This document shows positions 12,921-26,920 of a stretch of 64,000 bases of DNA, piece after piece. Every line of letters starts with the position of its first letter. The first letter of the stretch is position 1. This DNA is from Calcarisporiella thermophila CBS 279.70 (taxonomy: Eukaryota; Fungi; Calcarisporiellomycota). Under the pieces are notes generated by a model. That model saw nothing but the letters and a program-made list of their open reading frames with translations, was not told the DNA's origin and did no database searches. The stretch spans positions 1,147,531 to 1,211,530 of the forward strand of contig NW_027192194.1 of the NCBI RefSeq assembly GCF_041956535.1, given 5' to 3'. The position numbers and the translations under genes are program-made.

Positions 12921-12944
12921 AAAAAATTTTCGCGACCAGCCAAT
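12921..12944. promoter_or_regulatory. Candidate elements in the 234-bp bidirectional NDK/TRM10 promoter: AAAAATTTT (RRPE-like) overlapping TTTCGCG (SCB/E2F-like), then CCAAT
   Basis: Sequence aaaaaattttcgcgaccagccaat between the divergent ATGs at 12815 and 13050. Confidence 0.35.
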
Positions 12945-13049
12945 TAGCAACTCTCTCTTCAAACCTTCTGAAATCTTCGAGCGGTCACTAAGTCAACAAA
13001 AGACAGTCATTCTTGTCTCGACTTCCGAAAAGAAGCATAGAACTCGGTA

Positions 13050-14277
13050 ATGGAGAATACATCCTCTAACCAGTCGCAGACACCTGCCGCAAATGAACCA
13101 GTAGAAGTGAAGACAAATGCGGATACGGCTTCTCCTCCTCTGTCCAAGAATGCACTGAAGCGCTTGCGCAAACAGCAGGAACGCGAGGCAAAGAAGGAAG
13201 AGTGGAAGAGGCAGTTAAAGGAGAAAGACAGAGAAAAGAAACGGAAGAAGCGCGAGGCAATTGCTGCTGGTAATTCTTGGGTTAACAACTGTGCGATACA
13301 GCTCCTTGTCTATTTATCTTACGGAATATTCTTTTAATATAGGATTGATTCCACCCCCTCAGAAGAAGCCGCGAATTGTACAATCGCCTAGTTCAATGCG
13401 AGTAGTTATTGACTGCTCCTTTGACGAACTGATGTCCGAAAAAGTACGTTAACGCAGACCTATGAATATATGAACATTAAAGCTTACCTTTATTCATCAA
13501 CACCTAGGAGATTTCATCTCTTGCCAGTCAAGTCGGCCGCTGCCATGCAACTAATCGCGCCTCTCGTCATCCTTGCAATGTTTATGTAACATCACTCAAT
13601 GGACGCCTCAAACAGCGTTTCGAGACATCCTATCGGGATGCAGAGAGGTGGCATGAGATCCACCTCGAGTCCCGAGGGTTTGACGAGATGTTTAATAAAG
13701 AGGAACTGGTCTATTTAAGTGCAGATGCGAGTGAAGTAATAGAGGAGTTGGATGAGACAAAAGTGTATATAATTGGTGGTATCGTAGACAAGAATAGACA
13801 TAAAGTAACTGTGTTTAGAGATCTTCTCCCATAGCGCTCCAACTTACATATATCATTATATTCTTGGTAATTTTAGGGGCTCTGCTTTAACAAAGCCAAG
13901 GAGAAGGGGATTAAAACAGCACAACTGCCAATTGGAGAATATGTAAAGATGGCTACACGGAAGGTGTTAACGGTGAACCATGGTATTTTCATACAATACA
14001 TCTACTTCTATTATTGGATCCTTAATTTTGCAACCCCTTTACATTAGTATATGAAATTCTCATGAAGTGGCTTGAGATTAAGGACTGGGAGACGGCTTTT
14101 CTTAGTGTTATCCCCAAGCGAAAGTTTGCAGAATTGAAAGGAGGCGAGGATAAAAATGCGGAGGAGAATGAGGTGGAAGAAGAAGAGAATGAGGAGAGTG
14201 GAGAGGATAGGAAGGAAGGAGAAACAATTGAAGAGGGAAGAGAAGAGGTAGAGGAGAAGACGGATGAAAATTTATGA
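13050..14277 (+). CDS. TRM10: tRNA (guanine-9-N1)-methyltransferase; 5 exons
   Basis: LSKNALKR, VIDCSFDELMSEKEISSL..Q...C...NR, VYLSADA, YIIGGIVDKNRHKGLC, AQLPIGEY, RKVLTVNHV, WETAF..VIPKRK, acidic tail. Confidence 0.95.
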
Positions 14278-14500
14278 ACTTTAATGCAGAAAATTAAACT
14301 TCCGAATATACTTGTATAGATCTGAAATATCAACACCTTTTTTTTTTCCCAAATCATTACCACAACATCTTTCATTCAACTCTAAAATAGGTCGTGACTG
14401 CTTTCATTTTAACAGTCATCCAAGTGTTTACACTGAACATTCTAACACAGAAATTGGAAAGTGTAGAATATGATTTTCAGCTGTTAATCCGTATTCCATC

Positions 14501-16788
14501 ATGGCAAGAAAAAGATCCACATATAAAAAACCCCAGAAAATAAACCGTGGAGACGAGGACGAGTTTGATGGGCCTGGGTCTAAAATAAAAGCTATTCGTA
14601 CGTGGGACGATGTAGAGCATGATTCTGAAGACGAGTGTAAGTCACTATATCCACTAATTTATATTAAATCTTCAATCCTAAATCCAATTGCTGCCATTAG
14701 TTTTCGAGAAAAGGGATAAGATCCTACTAGAAGATGAGGCTCCACAAGCTGATGAAGACGAGAGCGAGGAGGAAGTTTTTGGGATCGATGTTCCCGACAG
14801 CGATGAAGAAGAAGAGGAAGAGGAGGAGGAGGAAGCACCAAGTGGCGAGAGCTCATCGGCGGAGGATGAGGACGAGGCTCCTGACTACGACCGTGCTTGG
14901 GGTTCAAGCAAGAAAGCATACTACGATGCTGATGAAGCATCGGATCTTGACGAAGCTAAAGAAGAGGAGGCCGAGGCTTTGCGGTTACAAAAGAAGCGGC
15001 TGACTGCAATGCAGGAGGAGGATTTCTTGGATGAAGAGATTGGATGGACGAGTGCATCTTTAGAGCGTGATGAGGAGGCAGAGAGAAAATTGGTCGAGGA
15101 TTTTAGTAAGGACCTGGAGGATGCCACATTTGATGTGTAAGTTTATAAAGATAGATACTCATTCGTATTTCCCTAATCTTGCTAATCCATTGTTTTGACC
15201 CCATACTTCCAGTATGACCGAGAGAATCGAGAAGCGCGCCGGTTCACAACTTTCCGCTGCAGAAAAAGTTAAAATTCTCCAGAATGAATCCCCTGAATTG
15301 ATTGAGCTTTTGGGTGAATTCAAGGAGAAGGTTAATATAATAAACGAAAAGTTGGCACCTATATTAGAAAAGTGAGTTGCATCGGTTTGCTCTCTTATTT
15401 TCATTCCACTGCAGAGGTATTAACAGGCTCATGGTTTTTTTATTTTGCCATAGAGCAAGGACAAGAGGCATCGAAAAACACCCCATATTAGATCTCATAC
15501 GCTTAAAATACCGTGAGTGATTTTTTTTCCAACGTTTTCACAACCATCTAAATTATTTCATTGAATGTTCAGAAACCCTCCTCAATTACCTCACCAATGT
15601 TTCGTTTTACTTTGTACTCAAATCCTCCGCCACACAGCAGCTTCGTGAACATCCCGTGATTGATAGTATGGTTAACCTGAAAACCATGCTGAACAAAATT
15701 GAAAAAATGGAGAAGAAATTAAAGAAGCATGTCACAGCATTCATGGAAGAGCTAGAGAAGGAGCCCACAGAAAATGGAACCAATGGTAGGATGCGGATAT
15801 GTTCGATAAAAACTTCGTAATGTTGCTTATACGAGAGTTCGCTTTTTTAATATTAGGCGTAGACGAATCCGATAAACCAAAGAGAAAGAGCAAGCAAAAG
15901 GCAAGCAAAAATGGAGTTAAGAGCAAAGCCACCAAAAAGAAGGCATCGAAGGCTAAGGTCGCCTATGAGGATGCCGAGGGGAACGAAGCAGAGGAGGAAG
16001 ACGAAGATGAAAGCGAAGACGCACTCTTACAATATGAAGACAGCTTCAAGAGCATGAAAAAACTAAATAAGAAACGCAAGAGGGTAAATAATTGGGGAAC
16101 CCGTTATGCATATCAAGGGTTTATGCTAATTGTCTCGTCTTAGGATGTAAACGATTTCGGTGATCTTGAAGCCATGGATATGGTCGATGCTGAGGACAAG
16201 GCTCAACGCAAGAAGTCCTTACGTCACTACGCAAGTAAAATAGATCAGGCCGCGAGCAAAAAGACACTCAACCACAAATACCAAGGAGATGTCGATATCC
16301 CGTACAAGGATCGGACACGTGCCGTGCAACAGCCGTCCAAGAAACGAACGGAAACCGAGCTGGATGACGAGGAATGGGATGAGGTGGACTTTAAGGACGC
16401 GGCCGCTGCTCAGCATAATAACGAAGAAAGCGATGGCGAAGACATGTATGAAGCAGTTGCTTCGTCCAAACGTGCCAAGCTGGCAGCAAAACGGCAAGCT
16501 GCTGCAGAATGGGACGCGGCCCACCTAGCGATGTATGACGATGAGGCTGGACAGTTGCCCGATGGCTCGAAACGACAGGTCGACTATGCGATACTCAAGA
16601 ACAAAGGTCTCACTCCCCATCGCCGTAAGGAACAACGAAATCCGCGTGTTAAGCACAGGAAGCAATTCGAAAAGGCAAGCAAGAAACTCACCAGCTTCAA
16701 ACGGGTCTACAAGGCACCCACCGGAGCCTACGGTGGTGAAGCGACGGGTATCAAGACGAAACTCAGTCGAAGCGTGCGGTTTAATTAA
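14501..16788 (+). CDS. SAS10: Sas10/Utp3 SSU processome component; about 7 exons
   Basis: Acidic N-terminus with WGSSKKAYY, ESPEL, LLNYLTNVSFY..LK, HPVI; C-terminal KNKGLTPHRRKEQRNPRVKHR...YGGEATGIKTKLSRSVRF. Confidence 0.95.
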
Positions 16789-17088
16789 TATCAACTTTCT
16801 TTTTTATTTGTTTTGCAAAATATGAATAAACACGGGGGCTTGAAGCCCGCCCTACAACTATGAATTCTCTATGAGCATTTTATTGTGAATACACTCGCAC
16901 AGCATCCATCCGCTCCTAACCACATTATCCTGGACTCTGCGGTCATAATGTACCACAAAGGATTCTGAGATCACCCAAGGACTTGAAACTATATCCTTAA
17001 TATTTATTCTTTCTAGTGCTCTTCAGTTGATAATACAAATATGATATAGAAATGGCACGCACACACGCACACACGCACACAAAAAAAG

Positions 17089-18054
17089 TTATCGTGCTGT
17101 CACATCCTGTAGTCCCACTGATCGCTTCCGACGCTCTTCCAATAGGTCGATGTCGCTTGTGACGTTGTCGCCCTCGGTTACCAATAACTTTGCATTTCTA
17201 AAGTTGACTTCTGAGGGATCATTCACAGACTGGGTGGCGGTGAAGTGGAGCAAGCCTGCATCTACAGCTCCAAGTTAAATTATTGCTTTGTACATTGAAA
17301 AGGGCATCCTCTTACTTGGCTCTTGGGTGCCATCTATTCGTGTTGCTCGTCGTGTACCCACCAGAATGAGCTCCCCTTCAGCGTCGACATGATCTTCCAA
17401 CCAGATATCGCCCTGATTGGCATCTCCTGTAGGCCGTCTTGACCCCAATATCCACTCTATAGGATGGGTGCTGAATTGATGGGTTTGTCGCGTAAACCCA
17501 CTACTTGTGATGGCCACTCCAGACACGTGACTTGTCATCTTCACTTCTCTAGATAGACTACGGTTAGATTGGGAAAGAGGTGCAAGCACTCTAGGTGAAC
17601 GAACCTTGCTCTATATTGAATGTCCGCCTTCTTTACGTCTAGTGGTAGCCCAAGTGATGGCTTTACGATAGGGGAGGCTAGAGAAATGATTTTTGTCACG
17701 AGGGCATCTAAGCAACCAGAAAGTTACATCCTTTTTTCATCCAACCGCAACTTGTGTATAATGAAAACCTTTTAAATCCTCAGGTATCGCTTGGGGGTTG
17801 GTGCCTTTCTTCTCCACATGGACCCAGAGTGGCACGAACCATGTCTTCCCACAACTTATTTCATACGCCCCATAGCCGGTGTATCCTACGGCAAGAAGAG
17901 CAAGTAATTTTGGAAATTTCGGGGATCGTATCTGATGACGAGGTAGAGTTATTGTCGGTGGATGCGTGCTAGAATGTCGGCGAGTGATTAATTGCAAGAT
18001 GACAATAGAGCGGGGGATGGGGTGCGATCGTGGCAAGCATTTTAATAATGTCAT
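17089..18054 (-). CDS. Hypothetical single-TM protein, probably mitochondrial; weak resemblance to the Coa1/Tim21-type IMS domain; 4 exons
   Basis: Arg-rich, acid-free N-terminus (..ITRRHSS), TM LLALLAVGYTGYGAY; spliced continuation LASPIVKPSLGLPL...AEGELILVG...GLLHFTAT...VGLQDVTAR*. The family call is a guess. Confidence 0.5.
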
Positions 18055-19208
18055 GTTTTACAAAGAAAAAGCTCAGTCACAAGGTCTACTTCAAATTTAT
18101 AAGCCACGCCTTGATTCTCTTTTCTTGATTCCTAAATACTTTCATTGTTTCGAGTAGTTTTCCATTTAATGGCGAAAGCACCGAAACTCTCACCCGCTGG
18201 CTATCGGTAAGTACACCTCTTTTATTGCTTTCTATTCTCCTTTCGCTCCTATCTGTTGAATGTTTCCATTTTATTGCTTGAATGCATCTGGAACTTTAAA
18301 CATGAACAACCGTGTAAATTTATCTTTCTCTATTCTTGGCTTTGGGATAGGCTGCGTATGCTCATGGTGAGCGCCCCTATATTTGTGGCAACCTCTTGGA
18401 TTCTGTATAAGCGATGTAAGTTCATTTCTTGAGGCTCTACTTATAGCTATTCTCATTCGCAGTGCAGAGATCACTGATTTCATGCCCATTCTCTCTCCAT
18501 TTTCTACTCTTTTATTTGCAATGCGCTTTTATTTGCTGCTCCATTTTATTTTTTCCGGATGTTTCATATTCTCATGGGCACTGTTTTTGTATAGTGGTAC
18601 TGGGTGAGGAACGAAAGTCCTTTGAGGGTCAAAAAAAGCTGTAATCTATAGAAGCAGTCCTGTTTTTGGGTTGGTGTCATATCAATCCCAGTCACAACAC
18701 CTGCCACTTAAATTCTTAATGCAACCTGGGAACCGCGCTTCGAAAGGGGCTTGATATAAATATTTCCTTCTTCATTTTCCTACTGTTGCAACCATTAATT
18801 CCCTAGCCTATTGCTTCTTCTCCAAAAAAAAAGTTAAATAAAGGCTCGACAAATAAGGCGTCTGTCCATTGGGCTCCTAACCATCTCGGCAGTAACATTT
18901 TTAATCTATAACTCTTTTATTGTCTCACCCTGCTCCCCTACTTTTGTGCTCTCTCTTTTACTATTTCGCTTACCCCGCCTCCCAATTGGTTCGAATCGCC
19001 AATATCCAGTTTGGCAGCTAGATAGAGGTATAGCTTCTTTCTTTTTGATGTCTCTCCACGTTTTAATCGGTTGCGCTAATATTAACGGGCATATTATAAA
19101 ACCTAGCCCATAAAACGACCCTTCTCATTTAACTAGAGGTAAAATCGGTTCTCCATTTAGATCATTTGAATTGGCATTGAAATCGCCCATTTGTGTTCAC
19201 AGGACAGC

Positions 19209-20047
19209 ATGATTGCAAGAAGATCGACCGAGCTGGATGTGAAACAAGGAATTCTTCCCCATTCAATTGGTCAACAAGTCTATGGTGAGTAGTAGCGTTT
19301 CTCTTGGAAAGGATGGGAATGCGCCTTCAACCCCAACGTTCAATTAGGTCACGAACGTCTTGATGACAAAGAGAAGTGGAACCAAGCAGAGGTATACTTT
19401 ATTTCTGGGACTGTCTCCATTTCTCCGGGTATAGAGTAATCGATGTATTCTTGATATAGAACTCGCAAGCACAGGAATACAGCTATCAGACTGATGTTAA
19501 CAAGGACACCCCCTCTAGAGAGTCAGTGAAGCCATCGAGCAATATTAGACTATCTATCCAACCTAATCCACCATTTTTGTGTACTTGTAGCTCGGTAGCA
19601 CAGGCCAATGACTCACAAGCTTCTTCCACCGCAAGCAAGAGGGAGACCTCGCAGGATCCTGTCCGCCAACACTCCCAGCACGAGCCGAGCAATGAAGAGG
19701 GGCCCCGCCATCCTCTGCTTGGCCGTGACTCGGACGAGCCCGTGGAGAACACCCCCTATGCGGAAGCCTTACCCCACGTCCAGGGCGATATGGATGTGCT
19801 CCAGCTTCCTTCAGAGGCCGATTTTGATTCGATGGAGAGGGAGGAGCGAGAGGGGCTGTACCGGCGGATAGTGGAGAGGATGGAGGAGCTGCGGGAAGAA
19901 TTTCGGCTGGTGGAGAGGCAGATGCGACAGGTGCGGAAACAGCTGAGACGCCGGAAATGGATGGCTGGGCATAACCCAGCCGCAGGTGAGGTGGTCATTG
20001 GCGGGACTGTAACACGGGCGATGAAGAGGAAGAAGAAGACGCGCTGA
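19209..20047 (+). CDS. Hypothetical disordered protein with C-terminal coiled coil and basic NLS-like tail; 4 coding exons
   Basis: Three GT-AG introns join MIARRSTEL...YG-HERLDD...AE-NSQAQE...SRD-SVAQAND in frame with ORF 19526-20047; ends VTRAMKRKKKTR. Additional upstream exons are possible. Confidence 0.65.
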
Positions 20048-20385
20048 AGAAAACCGCCCGGGTCTGTATATTGATGAATGTCTGTCCTTTTACTATGTTA
20101 ATATCTCAAACCAACTTGCACTTTTTTGCCTTCTATCTTTGTAATTTTGCACCATTTTTGTTTTCATTGCTGCTGCCTTTTTTTTTCTTTCTTTCTTAGA
20201 TGAGAATAAACGAGGATATTTATTTAGTTTTATTTTCCCTTGTGCAACAACTATACACCCTACACAGGATTACATGATTATTTGTGGGAAGTGGGGAGGG
20301 TAAAGAGGCGGGATTAGCTAGATAGCCACGTAGTAGACAGGATATATACAAAACAAGAGACCAAATACAAATACAGCCCAACCCA

Positions 20386-20688
20386 TCAGTGCTCCGCCAA
20401 TACGCCAGCTAGCACGTCCCTTCGCTCTTCAAAGAGCCGCCGCACCTCCCCCAGCACGTGCTCCTCGTCTCGACTCAGATCCGGATTCCAGGCGAGCAGC
20501 TGACGTAGCATCGCGTGCTCTCCTCGGCTACGGTGCTGAAGCCAGAGCCGCGGGTCAGCGCCGGGGTGGCTAAAAGCAGGGGAGGAAAAGGGGGCAGCGT
20601 CCACGAGCAAGCGGGTCAAGGAGGTAAGGAGGCAAGCGGAGAGCGCGGCAAGGAGAAGGAGGATATGCGTGGGAACCGGATCGGGCAT
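20386..20688 (-). CDS. Small putative secreted protein (100 aa, Cys-free mature part)
   Basis: AAAA-ATG context; hydrophobic ILLLLAALSACLLTSL followed by VDA|AP cleavage-like site; GC-rich coding-like composition and an AT-rich 3' flank. Confidence 0.6.
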   Translation of the reverse strand: MPDPVPTHILLLLAALSACLLTSLTRLLVDAAPFSSPAFSHPGADPRLWLQHRSRGEHAMLRQLLAWNPDLSRDEEHVLGEVRRLFEERRDVLAGVLAEH

Positions 20689-21991
20689 TTTTCAATAGAA
20701 TTTGGTTGCTAATGAAGAGGAGGAGGAAGAGGGGCCGGCTGGATTTGCAAGCATAAAACAGGGGATATGAAATCGGGGTGGTACTGCTGGCACAGGAATT
20801 ATGAGAAGGAGAGGGGTCGTGGCAGGGCTCCAAAACGGCAGCGCTTTTCGAGAGGAAACGGGAGAGGAAAACAAAAGAGAGCTGGGGAAAAGAGCGTTTA
20901 CTTTAAAGGAAACGCTAGGGGCAGGCCGCCCATAAGCAATGTCCATAAGGTAAAACATTGCAGAGATCCTCTAAATTAAGCTCCTTGCTTACAGCATCTG
21001 CCGGGCGGGCGGATGCCCGCTTCAGGCGGTTTTCCGTGAGAAGAGGTGCGCGGCGCGGGCTTAGGGAGGGCGTGCGGCCTTATTTGCAGGCTCTTCTGCA
21101 CACTTCGTCTCGCGTGAGCCAGGGGCTCGAGAGGGCACGCCAGGGCGGGGCGGCCCCATGGCACGAAAGGGAAAGAGGGCACGCGTGAGCAGGCGTTTTT
21201 CGGAATTAGGGCTTGCGCAAGCCACAGTGTAGCATGGCAGTGCCAGGGGGGGACAAGCGAAGTTAGTTTATGGTTGCAGCGAATGCAAATCCCCCCTGGC
21301 GCCATGCGATCAGAGGGCGATTCTGAGTTGTGGGCATCTGCGCGCATGTGAGTGGCTGGCGGGCATTGATAGGTAAAAGTTCTGTTTTTCTGTGGGTTTC
21401 TGAAATGCGGCACAACTGGTTGCGATTTGGAGATGGGCCAATCCGGGCCGCGGGCGCGTTCCTTCTAGAAGGGAGGCCAGACTCCGCGCCTGCGGCTCGA
21501 GCGGATCCATGCGCTGACGCTTGCCAGGGAAAATAGCGCAACCGTCGCAACCTTCTATACGGAACCCCGGGCGCCGTAGCCAGCTCCCGAGCTTTCTAAG
21601 AATTCACACTTTTTCTTCACGGCGGCCTCGCTGGGGCAATATAATGCACTGGGTCTCGACCTGCTTTTCCCGCTTTCCTCCAAAATCGGCTCCCGTCTCC
21701 CTTGTGCTTCCTCCCCAAAATTAAACAGCCCAAACAAAGAGAAAACACTTCTCTTTGGCCTCCTTATATTCCACCCGCTGTGCCCGAATTCTCCCATCTG
21801 ATTCCATCCCAATCTCCTCGCCTCCTTTTCTCCTCTTCCGCCTCTCCCTTCCTATCCCTTTCCCGCCGCCCCTCCATCGCCCTGCTTTAGCTTAACCCAT
21901 ACTGGCATCGTGCTCAGCCCATACCCATCCCCCCCCACCCATTGATACAGTACACGTCTAATTCATTAAACAAAAACGTTAATTCCCCCGA

Positions 21992-24900
21992 ATGTCAACC
22001 AACGAGGAATCAAAGCCCTCGCAAGAGGTGTCGCCAGGAATGGCACCAGAGGCTTCATCACAAGACACGGGTAACCATGTCGTGAACATCGTCGCCCCGG
22101 CAGAGCCTATTAAGGAGGAGGCCGGCGCACCTCATCCCTCGCCATCCGAGGCAACTCCTTCCGACACAGCACCTTTTGCATTTAGCATTTCACAACTTCA
22201 AAACCTCTTGGATCCTAAGAACATCCAGCTCCTAAAGGACTTGGGCGGTCTACGAGGCATCATCCGCGGCCTCCATACCAATGCTACCCTTGGACTGGAC
22301 GTACGGGAACCCACCCATCTTCCGCCTGTCAGCATTCAAGATATTCTACAAGAAAACACTACATCTGGTGTAAATAGTTCAGAGGTGGAGAAGGAGACGA
22401 GAGTCGACGTCGGAGCAGTAGCAGCAGCATCAGACCTAAGCGAAAAGCTCAATGGTAACTCCTCGCCCAGCAAGGTAGCCGAGACAAGTCCCGACGCTTT
22501 TGTGGAGAGGAAGCGGGTCTACGGAACTAATCGCCTGCCCACCAAAAAGACAAAGAACATTTTTCAACTGATGTGGGCCGCTTACCAGGAAAAGATTCTT
22601 GTAGGATATCAAATGGAGTCGTCTTGGTCCAAACCAAGTTGGCCGTGCACTAACGGTTTTCGTTGGATTTGTAGATTCTCTTAACCGTGGCCGCCCTGGT
22701 TTCCCTTGCTCTGGGAATTTATGAGGACGTGTCGACGCCCAACGAGATACAGCATGTTTCTAGCGATGGCACCTCCTCCACCGAATACAGTCCCGATGTA
22801 AGATGGGTAGAGGGGTTTGCCATTATTGTGGCGATCGCCATTGTCGTGCTTGTGGGAAGTTTGAACGATTACCAGAAGGAAAAGCAGTTCCAAAAGCTCA
22901 ACGCCAAAAAAGAGGACCGTTTAGTGAGGGTAAGCTGGCACGCGTCGATTTGCACGGATGGGCATGGTGACTGACTGACCGTTTGCTGTCGTGCTTTAGG
23001 TGACCCGAGGCGGCGTCCAGAGCTATATTTCGATCCACGATCTCCTGGTGGGCGATGTCGTCCACATTGAGCCCGGAGATATCATCGCTGCCGATGGTGT
23101 GTTTATCTCCGGCCACAACCTGAAATGTGATGAGTCGGCCGCCACGGGTGAATCTGACGCGGTTCGCAAGCTTGACTGGGAAGAATGTTACCGGCGGTAC
23201 GAGGCAAGCCTTTATGAGGATGACGCGCGCTCAGTGTCCGATGTTTCTGCCCTCTCTCCCGATGGCCTACGGGGGCCCCCGCTTCTCCCTCTTCCGGACC
23301 AGGATCCCACGGGGAACCTGATGCCACCAAGCACCGCAGATGCGCGTCGCCTCGACGCCCATGGAAAGAGGTCGCTGGAGAGGACCCATGTGCCAGCCGC
23401 TCGCGCTCACAGCCTTCCCGACCCTTTTCTCCTCTCCGGATCCAAGGTTCTGGAGGGAGTCGGCTCATACGTTGTGATCGCAGTGGGCGTGCACAGTTTC
23501 CACGGCAAGACGATGATGGCCCTGCGCCAGGAAAATGAAGGAACACCCTTGCAGGCGAAGCTCAACGATCTTGCCGAGAAGATCGCCAAGTTCGGGCTTG
23601 CCGCCTCGCTCACCATGCTGCTTGTGCTGCTGATCAAGTTCTTCGTTTCGTTCAGGTACGGCGTGCCTACCGCCACCGCCGCCGTGGATAACGTGGTCCA
23701 GATCATCATCTCCACGATCACCGTGATCGTGGTGGCCATTCCGGAAGGGCTTCCGCTCGCAGTCACGCTGGCCCTCGCTTTCGCCACAACACGAATGCTG
23801 CGCGACAACAACTTGGTGCGCGTGCTGGCCGCTTGCGAGACGATGGGCAACGCAACCACCATCTGCTCGGACAAGACGGGAACTCTCACTCAGAATCGCA
23901 TGACCGTGGTCGCTGGTACCATTGGGGCTTACCTCCGCTTCACTGCCGATCCCACCGAGGAGAACGAGCGCCGGATGGCCGCATACCGCCGAAGCACGGG
24001 CCTGCTGTCGAAGTCAGAATCGGACACGCAAGCCACACAGCCATCGGCCGGCGGAGGAAGCACGATGATGTCGCGCGAGGAGACGGAGATCAGCCTGACG
24101 TACCTGAAGGGCGGAAAGCCCCGCGGGAACGTACCGCCTCCCCGGAAGATTGAAGCCATCAAAGATCTCTCGAAAGCCACTCCCTCCACCACCCTCAACC
24201 TGCTTCACGAAAACATCTGCATCAACTCCACCGCATTTGAGAGCACCGATGACCGGGGGCAGCCCGCTTTCGTGGGCAACAAAACGGAGACGGCCCTGCT
24301 TGGCTTCTCAAAGGATATCGGCATCGGCAACTACGAGGAAATTCGAAACCGGTACCCCGTGGTGCAGGTGTTCCCCTTCAGCTCGGATCGTAAGGCCATG
24401 GCCACGGTGGTGGAGATCCCATCGGATGGCGAGAACAAGAAGGTCTACCGCATGTTCGTCAAGGGCGCCAGCGAGGTGATCTTGAGTAAATCGCAGCGAA
24501 TTGTAGAGACCACCAGCACGGCCACCTCCTCCCAGACCGAGCAGCCGGAGATTGTGCCGATCTCCGCCGAGATTAACAAGCGACTCCAGAAGATCATCGT
24601 CAGCTACGCGACCAAGAGTCTGCGAACGATCGGTATTGCCTACCGGGACTTCGAGTCGTGGCCTCCTGTCCCCACCCCCTCGCAACCCCTCCGCCTGGAG
24701 ATCCCCGTTCCCGGCGCGCCCACCACTGAGGCGGATGCTGAACGGGAGGACGGCGACAAGGATGAGGTGAAGTACGAGGACCTGGTGAATGCGGAGGGCG
24801 GCCTCGTGCTCCAAGCCATCGTCGGTATCGAGGATCCTTTGCGGGAGGGTGTCACCGATGCGGTCCGACGGTGCCAGAATGCGGGCATCTTTGTGCGCAT

Positions 24901-26377
24901 GGTCACAGGCGATAATATCCTTACTGCCAAGTCCATTGCCCGCCAGTGTGGCATTTACACCCAGGGAGGTCTGATCATGGAGGGGCCCACGTTCCGCCAA
25001 CTCTCCTCCGAGGAGATGGACCGCGTCATTCCGCGCCTCCAGGTCCTGGCGCGATCGAGCCCCGAGGATAAGCGGATTTTGGTCAGCAAGTTGAAGGAGA
25101 TGAATGAGGTGGTCGCGGTGACGGGTGACGGAACCAACGACGGCCCCGCGCTCAAGATGGCGGATATTGGATTCTCGATGGGCATTGCCGGCACCGAGGT
25201 CGCGAAGGAGGCCAGTAGCATTATCTTGATGGACGATAACTTCTCCAGCATTGTGAAGGCCGTGATGTGGGGAAGATCCGTCAACGACAGCGTCAAGAAG
25301 TTCCTCCAGGTAAATACTGAATGCTTTTGCCTCAGGGAGGGGGGGGGGGGGCGCATCCAAGGATAGACGGAGCCATACTTACCCCCTATGCTTTTCTCTC
25401 TAGTTCCAACTCACCGTCAACGTTACCGCCGTGCTGCTCACCTTCATCTCGGCTGCCTCCAGCAACGAGGAGAAGGCTGCCCTGACTCCCGTGCAGCTTC
25501 TTTGGGTCAACTTGATCATGGACACGTTTGCCGCCCTCGCCCTGGCCACCGACCCCCCCACCGACGAAATTCTCAAGCGGCAACCCGAGTCACGCCGCGG
25601 CCCTCTGATCTCCATCCCAATGTGGAAGATGATCTTGGGACAATCGCTCTACCAGCTTGCCGTCACCCTGATCTTGCTCTATGCCGGGCGAAGCATCATG
25701 TTGTACCAAGACTCCGCGGTCGACGAGAAGCGTTTGAGAACCTTGGTGTTCAACACTTTTGTGTTCTGCCAGATCTTCAATGAATTGAAGTAAGTCCCTC
25801 CTCCTCCCGCCTCTCCCGCCTCTCCCGATGGGGGGGAAGAAAGCAACGCACCCTCCGATACTAACCTGTCCTCTTATCTAGCTGCCGTAACCTAGGCAAT
25901 GAGCTGAACGTGTTCCGCGGCATCCACCGCAACATCTACTTCATTTCGATCTTCTTTATCATGGTCCTGGGCCAGGTGCTGATCACCCAATTTGGAGGGC
26001 CTGCCTTCCAGACCTACGGTCTCGGCGGGATCGAGTGGGCCGTCTCGATTGTGGTGGGCGCCATCTCGCTGGTGGTGGGGGTCATCCTCCGCCTCATCCC
26101 CGACGAGCTTATCGAGTTCATCTTCAAGCTGTTCGGAGTCAACTTCAAACCCCTCTACGTCAAACCCCGTGTCACCTACAAGGCCAACAACAAGCAGATC
26201 GAGTGGCAGTCGCCCATTACCCAGGTCCGCAACGAGCTCTCGGTGTTCAAGTCGGTGCGTGGAGGCCGGCTCCAGGGCATTTCCCACGGCAAGCCCGAGA
26301 CATCGCACCTGGCCGCGGCAATGCTGCCGTCGCTGGTGGCCACGAGCGTGGGGGCATCCATTCATGATGAAAAATAG
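21992..26377 (+). CDS. PMC1: P2B Ca2+-transporting ATPase (PMCA/Pmc1); exons 21992-22600, 22675-22929, 23000-25309, 25404-25789, 25882-26377
   Basis: DESAATGES, VVAIPEGLPLAVT, CSDKTGTLT, KGASE, MVTGDN, TGDGTNDGPAL, LLWVNLIMDTFAALALAT, C-terminal FKSVRGGRL. Confidence 0.97.
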
Positions 26378-26920
26378 AGTTAAATTAAGCTAACCATGGA
26401 TAGTCTAATCATTTTGCTTTTGAGAAAAATACTGTTTATAATACTGCAATCTATTTATTCCTTTATCAGTGATCCGTATTTGTTTGTCTCTTCCTCTCCC
26501 TCCTAGTCCTGATTTATGAATAAAACCCCCCTAACGCCTAACCTTGCCCTAATCCATCTCACCTAATCTACATTAAAGTGTGCTCGTGTTGTTTTTGTTT
26601 TTCCCCGTTTTATCGAGAAAGAAACCTGCATAGCCAAACCCCTCCATCCATTGGGCGGAGCCGGGGGGAGAAGAAGAGGCAAAGGTTTGAAATTAGCTCC
26701 GATCCTATACGGTCGCGGTTTCATTATCTTCTTCCTGCTCGAACAGTTTAGCTTATTCTTATTTTTTGTATTCTTTTCTATCTTGATATACTGAATGCCG
26801 CCATCGGCTCTGGATCTCTGACCCCCGAGCTAGCCCACCCCTCCTTGGCTATTTATTCTTGCCGCACTTCGCATCCCCATTGACCCTCTATTCTCGTCGA
26901 TACTTCTGCGCCCTTCAACC

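Noticed and set aside
18169-18644. Possible microexon-rich small gene (MAKAPKLSPAGYR-LRMLM...) or extra 5' exons of the 19209 gene
   Set aside because: Good donor sites exist, but I could not build a unique convincing frame; needs RNA-seq.
21110-21500. Crz1 CDRE-like cores (GNGGCT) upstream of PMC1
   Set aside because: No full GNGGC(G/T)CA match found; the cores are expected by chance in GC-rich DNA.
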